Positions 25,801 to 33,971 of a stretch of 64,000 nt of DNA are shown piece by piece; positions within the stretch are counted from its first letter, which is position 1, and each line of letters opens with the position of its first letter. Source of the stretch: Gemmatimonadota bacterium (lineage in GTDB: Bacteria; Gemmatimonadota; Gemmatimonadetes; Gemmatimonadales; Gemmatimonadaceae); the NCBI GenBank assembly GCA_016194585.1, contig JACQBG010000034.1, positions 50,147 through 114,146 of the forward strand, written 5' to 3'. Below the pieces are notes generated by a model. It ran no database searches and was not told where the DNA came from. It was given only the letters and a program-made list of their open reading frames with translations. The position numbers were made by a program, and so were the translations under genes.

Positions 25801-28347
25801 ATGTTCCCGACGTTTCTGCTGGCATTCCAAGCCGTGACCGCGGTCGAGGCCACCACGCCCGCTCGTCCGCGCGCGGCGGTCGTCGCCGAACCGTCGGCGG
25901 CGCGCGCCACGGCGTCGCTCGCCACGACGCCGCCCGTGATCGACGGGCGCGACGACGACGCGGTATGGCGCACGGCGGCGCCGATCACGGCGTTCCGGCA
26001 GTTCGATCCCGTCGAGGACGGCGAGCCGCCGATGGCGACCGAGGCGAAGGTCGCCTACGACGAGAAGTACCTGTATGTGTTCGTGCGCGCCTTCGACCCG
26101 CACCCCGACAGCATCCGCTCGTACCTGTCGCGGCGCGACACGCACACGCCGTCGGACCAGATCAAGGTGATGATCGACTCGTATCACGACCGCCGCACGG
26201 GCTACGAGTTCGCCGTGAACCCGGCGGGGGTGAAGCGCGACTATTCGATGGACGGCGACGCCAACGAAGACGACTCGTGGGACGGCGTGTGGGACGTCGC
26301 GACGCGCATCGACGACAAGGGGTGGACGGCGGAGTTCCGCATCCCGTTGAGCCAGATGCGTTATGCGAAGTCGCCGGACCAGGTGTTCGGCTTCGCCATC
26401 TGGCGCGACATCGCGCGCACCAACGTGCGGGTGAGCTGGCCCGTGTACCGCCGGACGAAGACGGGGCTGGTGTCGCAGCTCGGCGAGGTGACCGGGCTCG
26501 ACCAGCTCGGCGCGCCGCGCCGCCTCGAGGTCACGCCCTACACGGTCGCGAAGGATCTGACCAACATCCGCAACGACGGCACGTTCGCCGGCCGCGCGCA
26601 GAAGATGACGGGCGGCGCCGACATCAAGTACGGCGTGACGTCGAACCTCACGGTCGACGCGACGATCAACCCCGACTTCGGCCAGGTGGAGGCCGACCCG
26701 TCGGTGCTCAACCTCACGTCGTTCGAGCAGTACTATCAGGAGCGGCGGCCGTTCTTCCTCGAGGGCGCGGGGATCTTCCGCTACGACCTCGACTGCAACG
26801 ACGGTCAGTGCACCGGACTGTTCTACTCGCGCCGCATCGGGCGCGCGCCCCAGCTCAGCTACCTGTACGGCGACGCGTCGACCAAACAGAGCACGAACAT
26901 CATCGCGGCGGCCAAGCTCACGGGGCGGCTCGCGAACGGCCTCTCCATCGGCGTGCTCGACGCGGCGACGGAGCAGGTGAAGGGGCCGAACGGCGAGACG
27001 GTGGAGCCGCAGACGAACTACGCGGTGGCCCGCCTCAACAAGGACTTCCGCGGCGGCAACAGCGTGATCGGCCTGATGTTCACGGGAGTGAACCGCCAGC
27101 TCGACCGGTGGAGCCAGGACTCGCTGCGGCGCAGCGGGTACGTGCTCGGTCTCGACGGGCGGCACCGGTTCGCCGGCAACAATTATGAAGTGAGCGGATA
27201 TCTCGCCGAGAGCTACGTCGAGGGGTCGGCGTCGTCGATCGCGTCGACGGAGGCGAGCAGCGTCCACAACTTCCAGCGCCCCGGTTCGGGGCTCGACTTC
27301 GACACCACGCGCACCAGCCTCGGCGGCTACACGGCGCAGCTCGCGCTCGCCAAGACCGGGGGCGGCATCGTGCGGTTCTTCACGTCGCTCAAGCGCACCT
27401 CGCCCGGCTTCGAGATCAACGACGCCGGGTTCCAGACGCGGGCCGACGCGCAGAACTGGAGCGGATGGATGGGACTCCAGTACAACGAGCCCACGTCGTG
27501 GTACCTGAAGGCCCGCGTGAACTTCAACGGCTGGTCGCAGTGGAGCACGAACGGGCTCAACACCGATCTCGGCGGCAACATCAACGCGCACGTGCAGCTC
27601 AACAACCAGTGGTGGCTGCACGCCGGCTACAACGTGTTCAACATGGGCCACACGTGGGACGACCGTGGCGCGCGCGGCGGGCCGGCGATGCCGTGGCTGC
27701 CGACCGCGGCGGCGTGGGCCGGGGTGGAGACCGACCAGCGGTGGGCGGTGTCGCCGGGGATCTTCTTCAACGCCCGCATGAAGGACGCGGCGGGCACGTG
27801 GAGCTACGGCATCGACCAGCAGACCACGCTGCGGCTCTCCTCGCGGATGCAGGCGGTGGTCGGCGGTTCGTTCTTCCGGCAGGCGAACGACGCGCAGTGG
27901 AACGGCAACTTCGCCGACGCCACGGGCACGCACTACACGTTCGCGCACCTCGAACAGACGCTCACGAGCCTCACGACGCGCCTCGACTTCACGGCGACGC
28001 CGACGCTCTCGCTGCAGCTGTATGCGTCGCCCTTCATCACGAGCGGCCAGTACACGAACTGGCGCGAGATCGCCGACCCGAACGCGGCCCGCTACGAGGA
28101 CCGGTACCGCCCGTTCACGAGCCAGGGCGACCCGGGGGGCTTCAACTTCAAGCAGTTCCGGTCGAACACCGTCATCCGCTGGGAATACCGGCCGGGATCG
28201 ACGCTGTTCATCGTCTGGACGCAGGGACGCACGCAGGACGGCGTGGACGTGGGGACGTTCCAGTTCAACCGCGACGCGCAGAACCTCTTTCGCGCCGTCC
28301 CCGACAACTCGCTGCTGATCAAGAGTTCGTACTGGTTCAATTGGTAG
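25801..28347 (+). CDS. DUF5916 / carbohydrate-binding-family-9-like domain protein (paralogue 1)
   Basis: Internal ATG 25801 with signal peptide. IDGRDDDAVWRTAAPITAFRQFDPVEDGEP...YLYVFVRAFD is CBM9/DOMON-like. The long C-terminal region is beta-rich. Paralogous to 51755..54085. Confidence 0.75.
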   Translation: MFPTFLLAFQAVTAVEATTPARPRAAVVAEPSAARATASLATTPPVIDGRDDDAVWRTAAPITAFRQFDPVEDGEPPMATEAKVAYDEKYLYVFVRAFDPHPDSIRSYLSRRDTHTPSDQIKVMIDSYHDRRTGYEFAVNPAGVKRDYSMDGDANEDDSWDGVWDVATRIDDKGWTAEFRIPLSQMRYAKSPDQVFGFAIWRDIARTNVRVSWPVYRRTKTGLVSQLGEVTGLDQLGAPRRLEVTPYTVAKDLTNIRNDGTFAGRAQKMTGGADIKYGVTSNLTVDATINPDFGQVEADPSVLNLTSFEQYYQERRPFFLEGAGIFRYDLDCNDGQCTGLFYSRRIGRAPQLSYLYGDASTKQSTNIIAAAKLTGRLANGLSIGVLDAATEQVKGPNGETVEPQTNYAVARLNKDFRGGNSVIGLMFTGVNRQLDRWSQDSLRRSGYVLGLDGRHRFAGNNYEVSGYLAESYVEGSASSIASTEASSVHNFQRPGSGLDFDTTRTSLGGYTAQLALAKTGGGIVRFFTSLKRTSPGFEINDAGFQTRADAQNWSGWMGLQYNEPTSWYLKARVNFNGWSQWSTNGLNTDLGGNINAHVQLNNQWWLHAGYNVFNMGHTWDDRGARGGPAMPWLPTAAAWAGVETDQRWAVSPGIFFNARMKDAAGTWSYGIDQQTTLRLSSRMQAVVGGSFFRQANDAQWNGNFADATGTHYTFAHLEQTLTSLTTRLDFTATPTLSLQLYASPFITSGQYTNWREIADPNAARYEDRYRPFTSQGDPGGFNFKQFRSNTVIRWEYRPGSTLFIVWTQGRTQDGVDVGTFQFNRDAQNLFRAVPDNSLLIKSSYWFNW

Positions 28348-28353
28348 CTGAAA

Positions 28354-28381
28354 CCTCCCGCGGACTTCCCGCGTAGGGAGG
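28354..28381 (+). terminator. terminator-like hairpin after the DUF5916 gene
   Basis: CCTCCC-GCGG-loop-CCGC-GTA-GGGAGG, 7 nt after the stop codon. No U-tract. Confidence 0.4.
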
Positions 28382-28434
28382 GCAACCTTCCGGAGCCCTG
28401 CGGGGTCTAACCGGATGAGAGTGGAAGAACGAAA

Positions 28435-28511
28435 CTCGACGGGCAGCAGGTAGCGGGTGTCGGCCGGTGCTGGTGGGGGGCCGGCCTCATCCCTACGGGC
28501 TGCCCGTCGAG
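28435..28511. other. 77-nt extended imperfect hairpin (terminator or small structured RNA)
   Basis: Outer 13-bp perfect stem CTCGACGGGCAGC / GCTGCCCGTCGAG encloses GTAG(C)GGG/CCCTAC and GGCCGG/CCGGCC helices. Confidence 0.4.
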
Positions 28512-28530
28512 TCGTTCTACCGCGCCGCGC

Positions 28531-28752
28531 TCAGGCGAGCGGGAGCTCGCGCTGCACTGAGGCGAGGGCGAGCCCGGTCGCGGCCACCACGGCGCGCAGC
28601 ACGCCCTCGTCCACCGGGCCGTCGCACTCGAGCAGCGCGCCGCCCATCTCGACGTCGGCCGATCGCACGCCGGGCACGCCGGCGAGCGCGGTCCACAACG
28701 CGCGCTTGGCGTGGACCGACTGCATTCCCGAGATGACGAGGCGGAGTCGCAC
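28531..28752 (-). CDS. small HMA-fold (heavy-metal-associated-like) protein lacking the CxxC motif
   Basis: Only the last 73 codons of ORF 28531..30090 are plausible. VRLRLVISGMQSVHAKRALWTALAGVPGVRSADVEM... follows the HMA beta-alpha-beta-beta-alpha-beta pattern. GTG start at 28752, no clear SD. Confidence 0.4.
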   Translation of the reverse strand: MRLRLVISGMQSVHAKRALWTALAGVPGVRSADVEMGGALLECDGPVDEGVLRAVVAATGLALASVQRELPLA

Positions 28753-28854
28753 GCTGGGAAGATCGCGCCGCGCCGGCGCGAGGGGTAGCGTGGCGTCCGG
28801 AGAGCGGAGAGCTTTCAACTCGTTCGCCGTCCCGCTCTCCCGAACCTCCGCCCC

Positions 28855-29748
28855 ATGACCACCGTCGCATTCCTCGGACTCGGCGCCATCGGCACGCCGA
28901 TGGCGCGCCACCTCGTGGCCCCCGAGTTCTCGCTCGCCGTCTGGAACCGCACCGCCAGCAAGGCGGCCGCCTTCGCCGCCGAACACAAGGTGCGCCACGC
29001 CGCGACCCCCGCCGACGCCGCGCGCGGCGCCGACGTCGTCATCACCTGCCTGCCGACGTCGCACGACGTCGCGGCGCTGCTCGACGGGCCCGACGGCCTC
29101 CTCGCCGGCATGGCGAAGGGCACCGTGCTCGTCGACTGCACGTCGGGCGATCCGGCGACGTCGCGGCAGATCGCGGCGCGGCTGGCGTCGAAGGGGATCG
29201 CCTTCCTCGACGCGCCGGTGAGCGGCGGCGTGGCCGGCGCCGAGATCGGCACGCTTACCGTGCAGGTGGGGGGCGATGAGGCGGTGCTGGCGCGCGTGCT
29301 CCCCGTGATCGACGCCTTCGGCGAGAAGATCGTGCACTGCGGGCCGGTGGGCTCGGCCCACGCGCTCAAGGCGGTGAACAACGCCATGCTCGCCGTGCAC
29401 ATCTGGAGTCTCGCCGAGGGGATGGCGGCGCTCACGAAGGCGGGGGTGAAGCCGTCCGTGGCGCTCGACGTCATCAACGCGTCGAGCGGACGGTCGAACA
29501 CGTCGATGAACCTGTTCGGGCAGCGGGCGCTCACGCGCGCGTGGCCGCGGACGTTCCGGCTCGCCCTGCTCGACAAGGACATCGGCATCGCGGCGCAGGT
29601 CGCCCGCGAGCAGAAGGTGCCGAGTCCGCTCATCCAGCTGACAGCGGAGCTGTTCGCCGCCGCGCACCGCGAACTGGGCGAGGAGGCCGATCACGTCGAA
29701 GCGGCGAAGATCGTCGAGCGGCAGGCTGGCGTGGAGATCAAGGGATGA
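28855..29748 (+). CDS. NAD(P)-dependent oxidoreductase, 3-hydroxyisobutyrate/6-phosphogluconate dehydrogenase-like
   Basis: N-terminal Rossmann motif VAFLGLGAIGTPMARHL. The family-typical GDP...AKG..FLDAPVSGG segment is present. Confidence 0.85.
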   Translation: MTTVAFLGLGAIGTPMARHLVAPEFSLAVWNRTASKAAAFAAEHKVRHAATPADAARGADVVITCLPTSHDVAALLDGPDGLLAGMAKGTVLVDCTSGDPATSRQIAARLASKGIAFLDAPVSGGVAGAEIGTLTVQVGGDEAVLARVLPVIDAFGEKIVHCGPVGSAHALKAVNNAMLAVHIWSLAEGMAALTKAGVKPSVALDVINASSGRSNTSMNLFGQRALTRAWPRTFRLALLDKDIGIAAQVAREQKVPSPLIQLTAELFAAAHRELGEEADHVEAAKIVERQAGVEIKG

Positions 29749-30995
29749 CGACGATCCCCGCACCGCAGCCGCTCGTCGCGTCGACCGAGGCGATCCGCGA
29801 CCGGTTCCCCGCGCTCGCGCGCACGCACGCGGGGCATCCCGTGGCGTACTTCGACGGTCCGGGGGGCACGCAGGTGCCGGCCGACGTCGCCGGCGCGGTG
29901 AGCGACTACCTGCTGCACCACAACGCGAACACGCACTGGGAGTACCCGACGAGCCACGAGACCGACGCGATGATCGACGCGTCGCGCGCCGCGCTCGCCG
30001 ACTTCCTGAATGCCACGCCGCAGGAGATCGCGTTCGGCAACAACATGACGACGCTGACGTTCCATCTCGCGCGCGGCCTCGGCGCGGCATGGGGGCCGGG
30101 CGACGAGATCGTCATCACCGACCTCGACCACCACGCCAACCAGGCGCCGTGGGTGCGGCTCGCGCAGGAGCGGGGCGTGACGATCCGCCGGGCGGCCGTG
30201 CGCTTGCCGAGCGCGCAACTCGACTGGGGAAGCCTCGAACGGGCGATCTCGCCCGCCACGAAGCTCGTCGCGATCGGCGCGGGGTCGAACGCCGTGGGGG
30301 CGATCAACGACGTGGCCGCCGCGACCCGCCTCGCCCACGCCGTGGGGGCGCTCTCGTTCGTCGACGCGGTGCACTACGCGCCGCACGTGCTCGTCGACGT
30401 GCGCGCCATCGACTGCGACTTCCTCGCCTGCAGCGCCTACAAGTTCTACGGGCCGCACGTGGGCGTGCTGTACGGGCGCAAGGCGCTGCTCGAGCGGGTG
30501 GACGTGCCGCGGCTCCAGCCGGCGCCGCAGTACGCGCCCGACCGGCTCGAGACGGGGACGCTCAACCACGAGGGGATCGTCGGCGCGGGCGCGGCGGTGG
30601 ACTTCCTCGCCTCGCTCGCCGAAGGGGGCTCGCGGCGCGAGCGGCTCGTGACCGCGTTCGACGAGCTGCACGAGCGGGGGCAGGCGCTGCTCGAACGCCT
30701 CTGGACCGGACTCGGCGCCATCCCCGGCGTCACGCTCTACGGGCCGACCCCCGACCAGCCGCGCACGCCGACCTTGGCGTTCACCCTCCGCGGCCACGAC
30801 TCGACCGCGGTCGCGCGCTTCCTCGCCGACCGCGCGCTGTTCGTCTCCAACGGCGATTTCTACGCGTCGACGGTCATCGAGCAACTCGGCCACGCGAAGG
30901 ACGGCGTCGTGCGGGTGGGGGCGGCGTGCTACACGACGGCGGACGAGGTCGAGCGATTGATCGACGCGGTCTCTGAACTGAGCCGGCGTGGCTGA
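29745..30995 (+). CDS. class-V aminotransferase-fold PLP enzyme (cysteine desulfurase-like)
   Basis: Internal ATG 29745 overlaps the upstream stop (ATGA). Motifs DLDHHANQAPW and SAYKFYGPHVG (PLP lysine). Confidence 0.8.
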   Translation: MTTIPAPQPLVASTEAIRDRFPALARTHAGHPVAYFDGPGGTQVPADVAGAVSDYLLHHNANTHWEYPTSHETDAMIDASRAALADFLNATPQEIAFGNNMTTLTFHLARGLGAAWGPGDEIVITDLDHHANQAPWVRLAQERGVTIRRAAVRLPSAQLDWGSLERAISPATKLVAIGAGSNAVGAINDVAAATRLAHAVGALSFVDAVHYAPHVLVDVRAIDCDFLACSAYKFYGPHVGVLYGRKALLERVDVPRLQPAPQYAPDRLETGTLNHEGIVGAGAAVDFLASLAEGGSRRERLVTAFDELHERGQALLERLWTGLGAIPGVTLYGPTPDQPRTPTLAFTLRGHDSTAVARFLADRALFVSNGDFYASTVIEQLGHAKDGVVRVGAACYTTADEVERLIDAVSELSRRG

Positions 30996-31030
30996 CGCAC
31001 GCTGAACGGCGGGTCGAACCGGCGTCCTGC

Positions 31031-31102
31031 GCCGGCGAATTCTTGAGGGGATCCGTGCTGATCACGAATGATCAGAACGGATCCCCTCTGAATTTCGCCG
31101 GC
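31031..31102. repeat. 72-bp imperfect palindromic intergenic element (REP/MITE-like), copy A
   Basis: GCCGGCGAATTCTTGAGGGGATCCGTGCTGATCA-CGAA-TGATCAGAACGGATCCCCTCTGAATTTCGCCGGC. A second copy lies in inverse orientation at 55107..55179. Confidence 0.8.
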
Positions 31103-31105
31103 TCC

Positions 31106-32239
31106 TCAGTCGCCCCTCGTCGCCTTCCCGGCCGCCGGTGTCGGCACGGCGAAGCTCCGCTTGTGCGACACGGTCGTCTTCTCCAGCGCCGGGACGAACG
31201 GCTCGTACTTCGACCCCGGGCTCCAGAGCACCCAGCCGTCGAAGCCGGCGTCGTAGACGGCGCGCTTCTGCTCGCGGATCTCCGCCGCCGTATAGGGCGG
31301 CTGCCCGAGGGAGAACGCCTGCAGCCACGGACGCACGCGCTCGCCGGTGAGGCCGAGGCGCAGGTTGCGCTCGTGCGCCTTCTCGATGGCGATGTTCACC
31401 GTGCGGTAGGGTTCGGCGTTCGGGCGCTTGATGCCGAACGAGCCCGGCGGATAGTGCGAGGGATACACCATCGGCAGCAGCACGTCGGCGACCGGGGAGA
31501 GCAGCTCCCACCGCTGCCCCACCTCGAGCGCGCCGGGGACCGTCGTCACGAGTCCGAAGATGTCGGCGGTGGTGCGCACCCCCAGCCTGCTGAGGCGCGC
31601 GTGCGCCATCTTGAGGAATTCGGCGAGCGCCTGCTCCTTCGACAGCGATCCCTGCCCCGGGAAGACCTGCGGAGGGAGCGACTTGTACGGCTCGGGGAAC
31701 CGGATGTAGTCGAACTGCACTTCGCCGAATCCGAGACGCACCGCCTCCTCGGCGACGCGGATGTTGTATTCCCAGAGCTCGCGATGGTACGGGTTGACCC
31801 ACGCGAGCCCCTTCTTGTCGCGCCACACCGAGTTGTCCTGCCGCCGGATGGTCCACTCCGGGTTCACGCGCGCCGTCACGGAATCCTTGAAGACGACGAT
31901 GCGCGCCACGGCGAGGATGTGGTGCGCCTTGAGCGTGTCGAGCAACGCCTTCACGTTGGGGATGACCCCCGACCGCCCGGCGTTGCGCTCGAGCATCGGG
32001 TCGGCGGATGGGAGGTTGAGCCCGAACTCGTCCTTCACGTCGATGACGAGCGCGTTCACCTCGGTCGAGTCGGCGATCGCGATGAGCTGCCGCATGCGCT
32101 TGGCGCTCTGGGCGGCGAACCGGTTCACGTAGAGGCCGCGCACGATGGCCGTGTCGGCGGCCGGCGCGGCGGCGGGCCTCGCCGGCGACTGCGCGAAGAC
32201 GGGGGCCGCGAGGAGCAGGAGCAGGGGGGAGTATCTCAC
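31106..32239 (-). CDS. secreted putative glycoside hydrolase (DUF4015/GHL-type TIM barrel)
   Basis: Signal peptide MRYSPLLLLLAAPVFAQ. EVNALVIDVKDEFG, FDYIRFP and WLQAF motifs are typical of the DUF4015 family. GTG start. Confidence 0.65.
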   Translation of the reverse strand: MRYSPLLLLLAAPVFAQSPARPAAAPAADTAIVRGLYVNRFAAQSAKRMRQLIAIADSTEVNALVIDVKDEFGLNLPSADPMLERNAGRSGVIPNVKALLDTLKAHHILAVARIVVFKDSVTARVNPEWTIRRQDNSVWRDKKGLAWVNPYHRELWEYNIRVAEEAVRLGFGEVQFDYIRFPEPYKSLPPQVFPGQGSLSKEQALAEFLKMAHARLSRLGVRTTADIFGLVTTVPGALEVGQRWELLSPVADVLLPMVYPSHYPPGSFGIKRPNAEPYRTVNIAIEKAHERNLRLGLTGERVRPWLQAFSLGQPPYTAAEIREQKRAVYDAGFDGWVLWSPGSKYEPFVPALEKTTVSHKRSFAVPTPAAGKATRGD

Positions 32240-32256
32240 ACGTTATAATTAGCGTC

Positions 32257-33486
32257 GTGACGCGCCCCGATTGCACTGCCATCCGCTGGTTCGCGCTCGC
32301 GCTGCTCGCCGGCGCGTGCGCGGCGCCGCGCAAGAATCCCGCTCCCAACGCCGACCTGCTCGTGAGCGCGGGCGATTCGACGTACTGGGTGACGAGCGAC
32401 GCGTCGGGGGTGCGGCTGCGCGGCGTGCCGATGGTGATCGCGCGGGTCGACGGGCGATTCCACGAGCTCTACGTCGCCGACGACGACCGCTCCTTCCCCG
32501 ACGCGCTCTTCGTCGGCCAGCGGCTCTACTCGCGCGACCTCGTGCGCGGCGATTCCGTCGAGTTGATGGCCGATACCGTCGTGCCGCGCCTCGCGACCGA
32601 GTACGCCAACGCACACCCGCGCGTCGCGCCGCTCGCCCCCGACGAGGACGCGAGCGACGACCCGAGCATCAACGCCACCGCCGACATCGAATTGCTCGAC
32701 GTGCATGGTCCGTACGTGAGCTTCGAATACCACAGCGACGTCGAGACGCACGACGGCGCCCGCCGTTCGGCCGTGCATCGCGTGCGCCGCGGGGTGCTCG
32801 ACAGCCGCACCGCCGCCCCCATCCGCCTCGCCGCGCTCGTCGGCGAGGCCGAGGGCGCCCGTGCCGAGAGCGTCGCGGCGCGCCGTTGGGCGCTCGTCCG
32901 CGACTCGCTCGCCGCGACGGCGCCCGCCGGGGCACGCTCGCGCCTCGCGGCGATCGCCTTCGATCCGCGGAGCTTCTCGATCGAAGTGGCGGATCGCGCC
33001 CCGCAGGCGGTGTTCGCCATCCCGAGCGAATCGCGGGGCGAGTCGCCGTCGAGCGCGCCGACGCTCTCGCCCCAGCCGATGCGGGAGGGCGCCTGGTGGT
33101 CGGCGCTCAGGCCACAGCTCCCCGCGGGACCGGACTCGCTGCGGCGGTGGTCGCACGACTCGACGACCCTCGTCGCGCAGATCGAGAACGAGTCGGCCCG
33201 GCTCATCCTGCGCGACGCGACGGGTCGCGAGTGGAAGGTCGGCGTGATCGCGGCGCCCGTGCAGCGCGTGGTGTGGCTCGACGCCACCGTCGACGCGGCC
33301 ACTCGGAAGGCGCTGCAGCGCGCGTTCAGCGACGCATCGCTCTACTCCGAATCGACGCGCATCGCCGCGTCGCCGGCGCCCGCGCGCGGACGTGCCGTGC
33401 GCGCGGCGCTCGCCACTCGTGGGCCGTCGCCGCGCCACGAGCATCGGCGGGCGCGAGTCCCACGGCGGCAGCGGATGGCCTCGTGA
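32257..33486 (+). CDS. hypothetical lipoprotein
   Basis: GTG start with lipobox ALLAGAC. 409 aa with normal GC3. No recognisable domain. Confidence 0.6.
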   Translation: MTRPDCTAIRWFALALLAGACAAPRKNPAPNADLLVSAGDSTYWVTSDASGVRLRGVPMVIARVDGRFHELYVADDDRSFPDALFVGQRLYSRDLVRGDSVELMADTVVPRLATEYANAHPRVAPLAPDEDASDDPSINATADIELLDVHGPYVSFEYHSDVETHDGARRSAVHRVRRGVLDSRTAAPIRLAALVGEAEGARAESVAARRWALVRDSLAATAPAGARSRLAAIAFDPRSFSIEVADRAPQAVFAIPSESRGESPSSAPTLSPQPMREGAWWSALRPQLPAGPDSLRRWSHDSTTLVAQIENESARLILRDATGREWKVGVIAAPVQRVVWLDATVDAATRKALQRAFSDASLYSESTRIAASPAPARGRAVRAALATRGPSPRHEHRRARVPRRQRMAS

Positions 33487-33971
33487 CGCCGTTCGCGCAT
33501 CGCCCCCGCGGCGCGGCGCGCGTGCCGCTCCCCTTCAGCGCCGAGCAGGCCGACCGCACGCTCCCGCTCGTGCGCCGCATCGTGCGCGACCTCACCGAGC
33601 ACCACGCGCGCTGGCAGGATGCGGTGACGGGGTTCGAGTACGCCACGGTCGCGAGCGTCGCCGACGCGCCTGACGCGGACGCCGAGCGCTACCAGGCCGA
33701 TGCGCAGCGCCTCGCGCGCGAGATCGAGGGGTTCCTCGCGGAACTCGACGCGCTCGGCGTCGAGTGCCGCGACCCGGCGCGCGGTCTCGTCGCGTTCCCC
33801 GGGGAACGCGAGGGCAGTCCCGTCTACTTCACCTGGGAGCCGGGCGCCGCGGCCGTGTCGTCGCCCGCGTCCGCGAACGGCACGTCGAACTCCGAGCCGT
33901 CGCGCCCGCACGACGTGGCCGGGAACAGCTCTCTCGCTTCGCGCTCCAGGTCCGACGGGTCGCGCGAGTAA
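33483..33971 (+). CDS. DUF2203 family protein
   Basis: This is the 3' part of ORF 32271..33971. GTG 33483 overlaps the upstream stop (GTGA). FSAEQADRTLPLVRRIVRDL...LDALGVECRDPARGLVAFP matches my memory of DUF2203. The non-conserved tail overlaps rnz. Confidence 0.55.
   Translation: MTPFAHRPRGAARVPLPFSAEQADRTLPLVRRIVRDLTEHHARWQDAVTGFEYATVASVADAPDADAERYQADAQRLAREIEGFLAELDALGVECRDPARGLVAFPGEREGSPVYFTWEPGAAAVSSPASANGTSNSEPSRPHDVAGNSSLASRSRSDGSRE

Noticed and set aside
25723-27948. 741-aa minus-strand ORF opposite the DUF5916 gene
   Set aside because: The translation is Arg/Val/Glu-rich with low complexity. The plus frame has a signal peptide and CBM9-like motifs.
28753-30090. The 5' two-thirds of ORF 28531..30090 (-) and ORF 28815..29633 (-)
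   Set aside because: These overlap the well-supported plus-strand oxidoreductase and aminotransferase genes and read as Arg/Pro-rich junk. Only the terminal 73 codons (HMA-like) lie in otherwise free DNA.
32271-33482. The 5' part of the 566-aa ORF 32271..33971 (+), and ORF 32236..33444 (-)
   Set aside because: The translations are Arg-rich nonsense overlapping the lipoprotein gene frame. Only the 3' portion from GTG 33483 shows DUF2203-like sequence.
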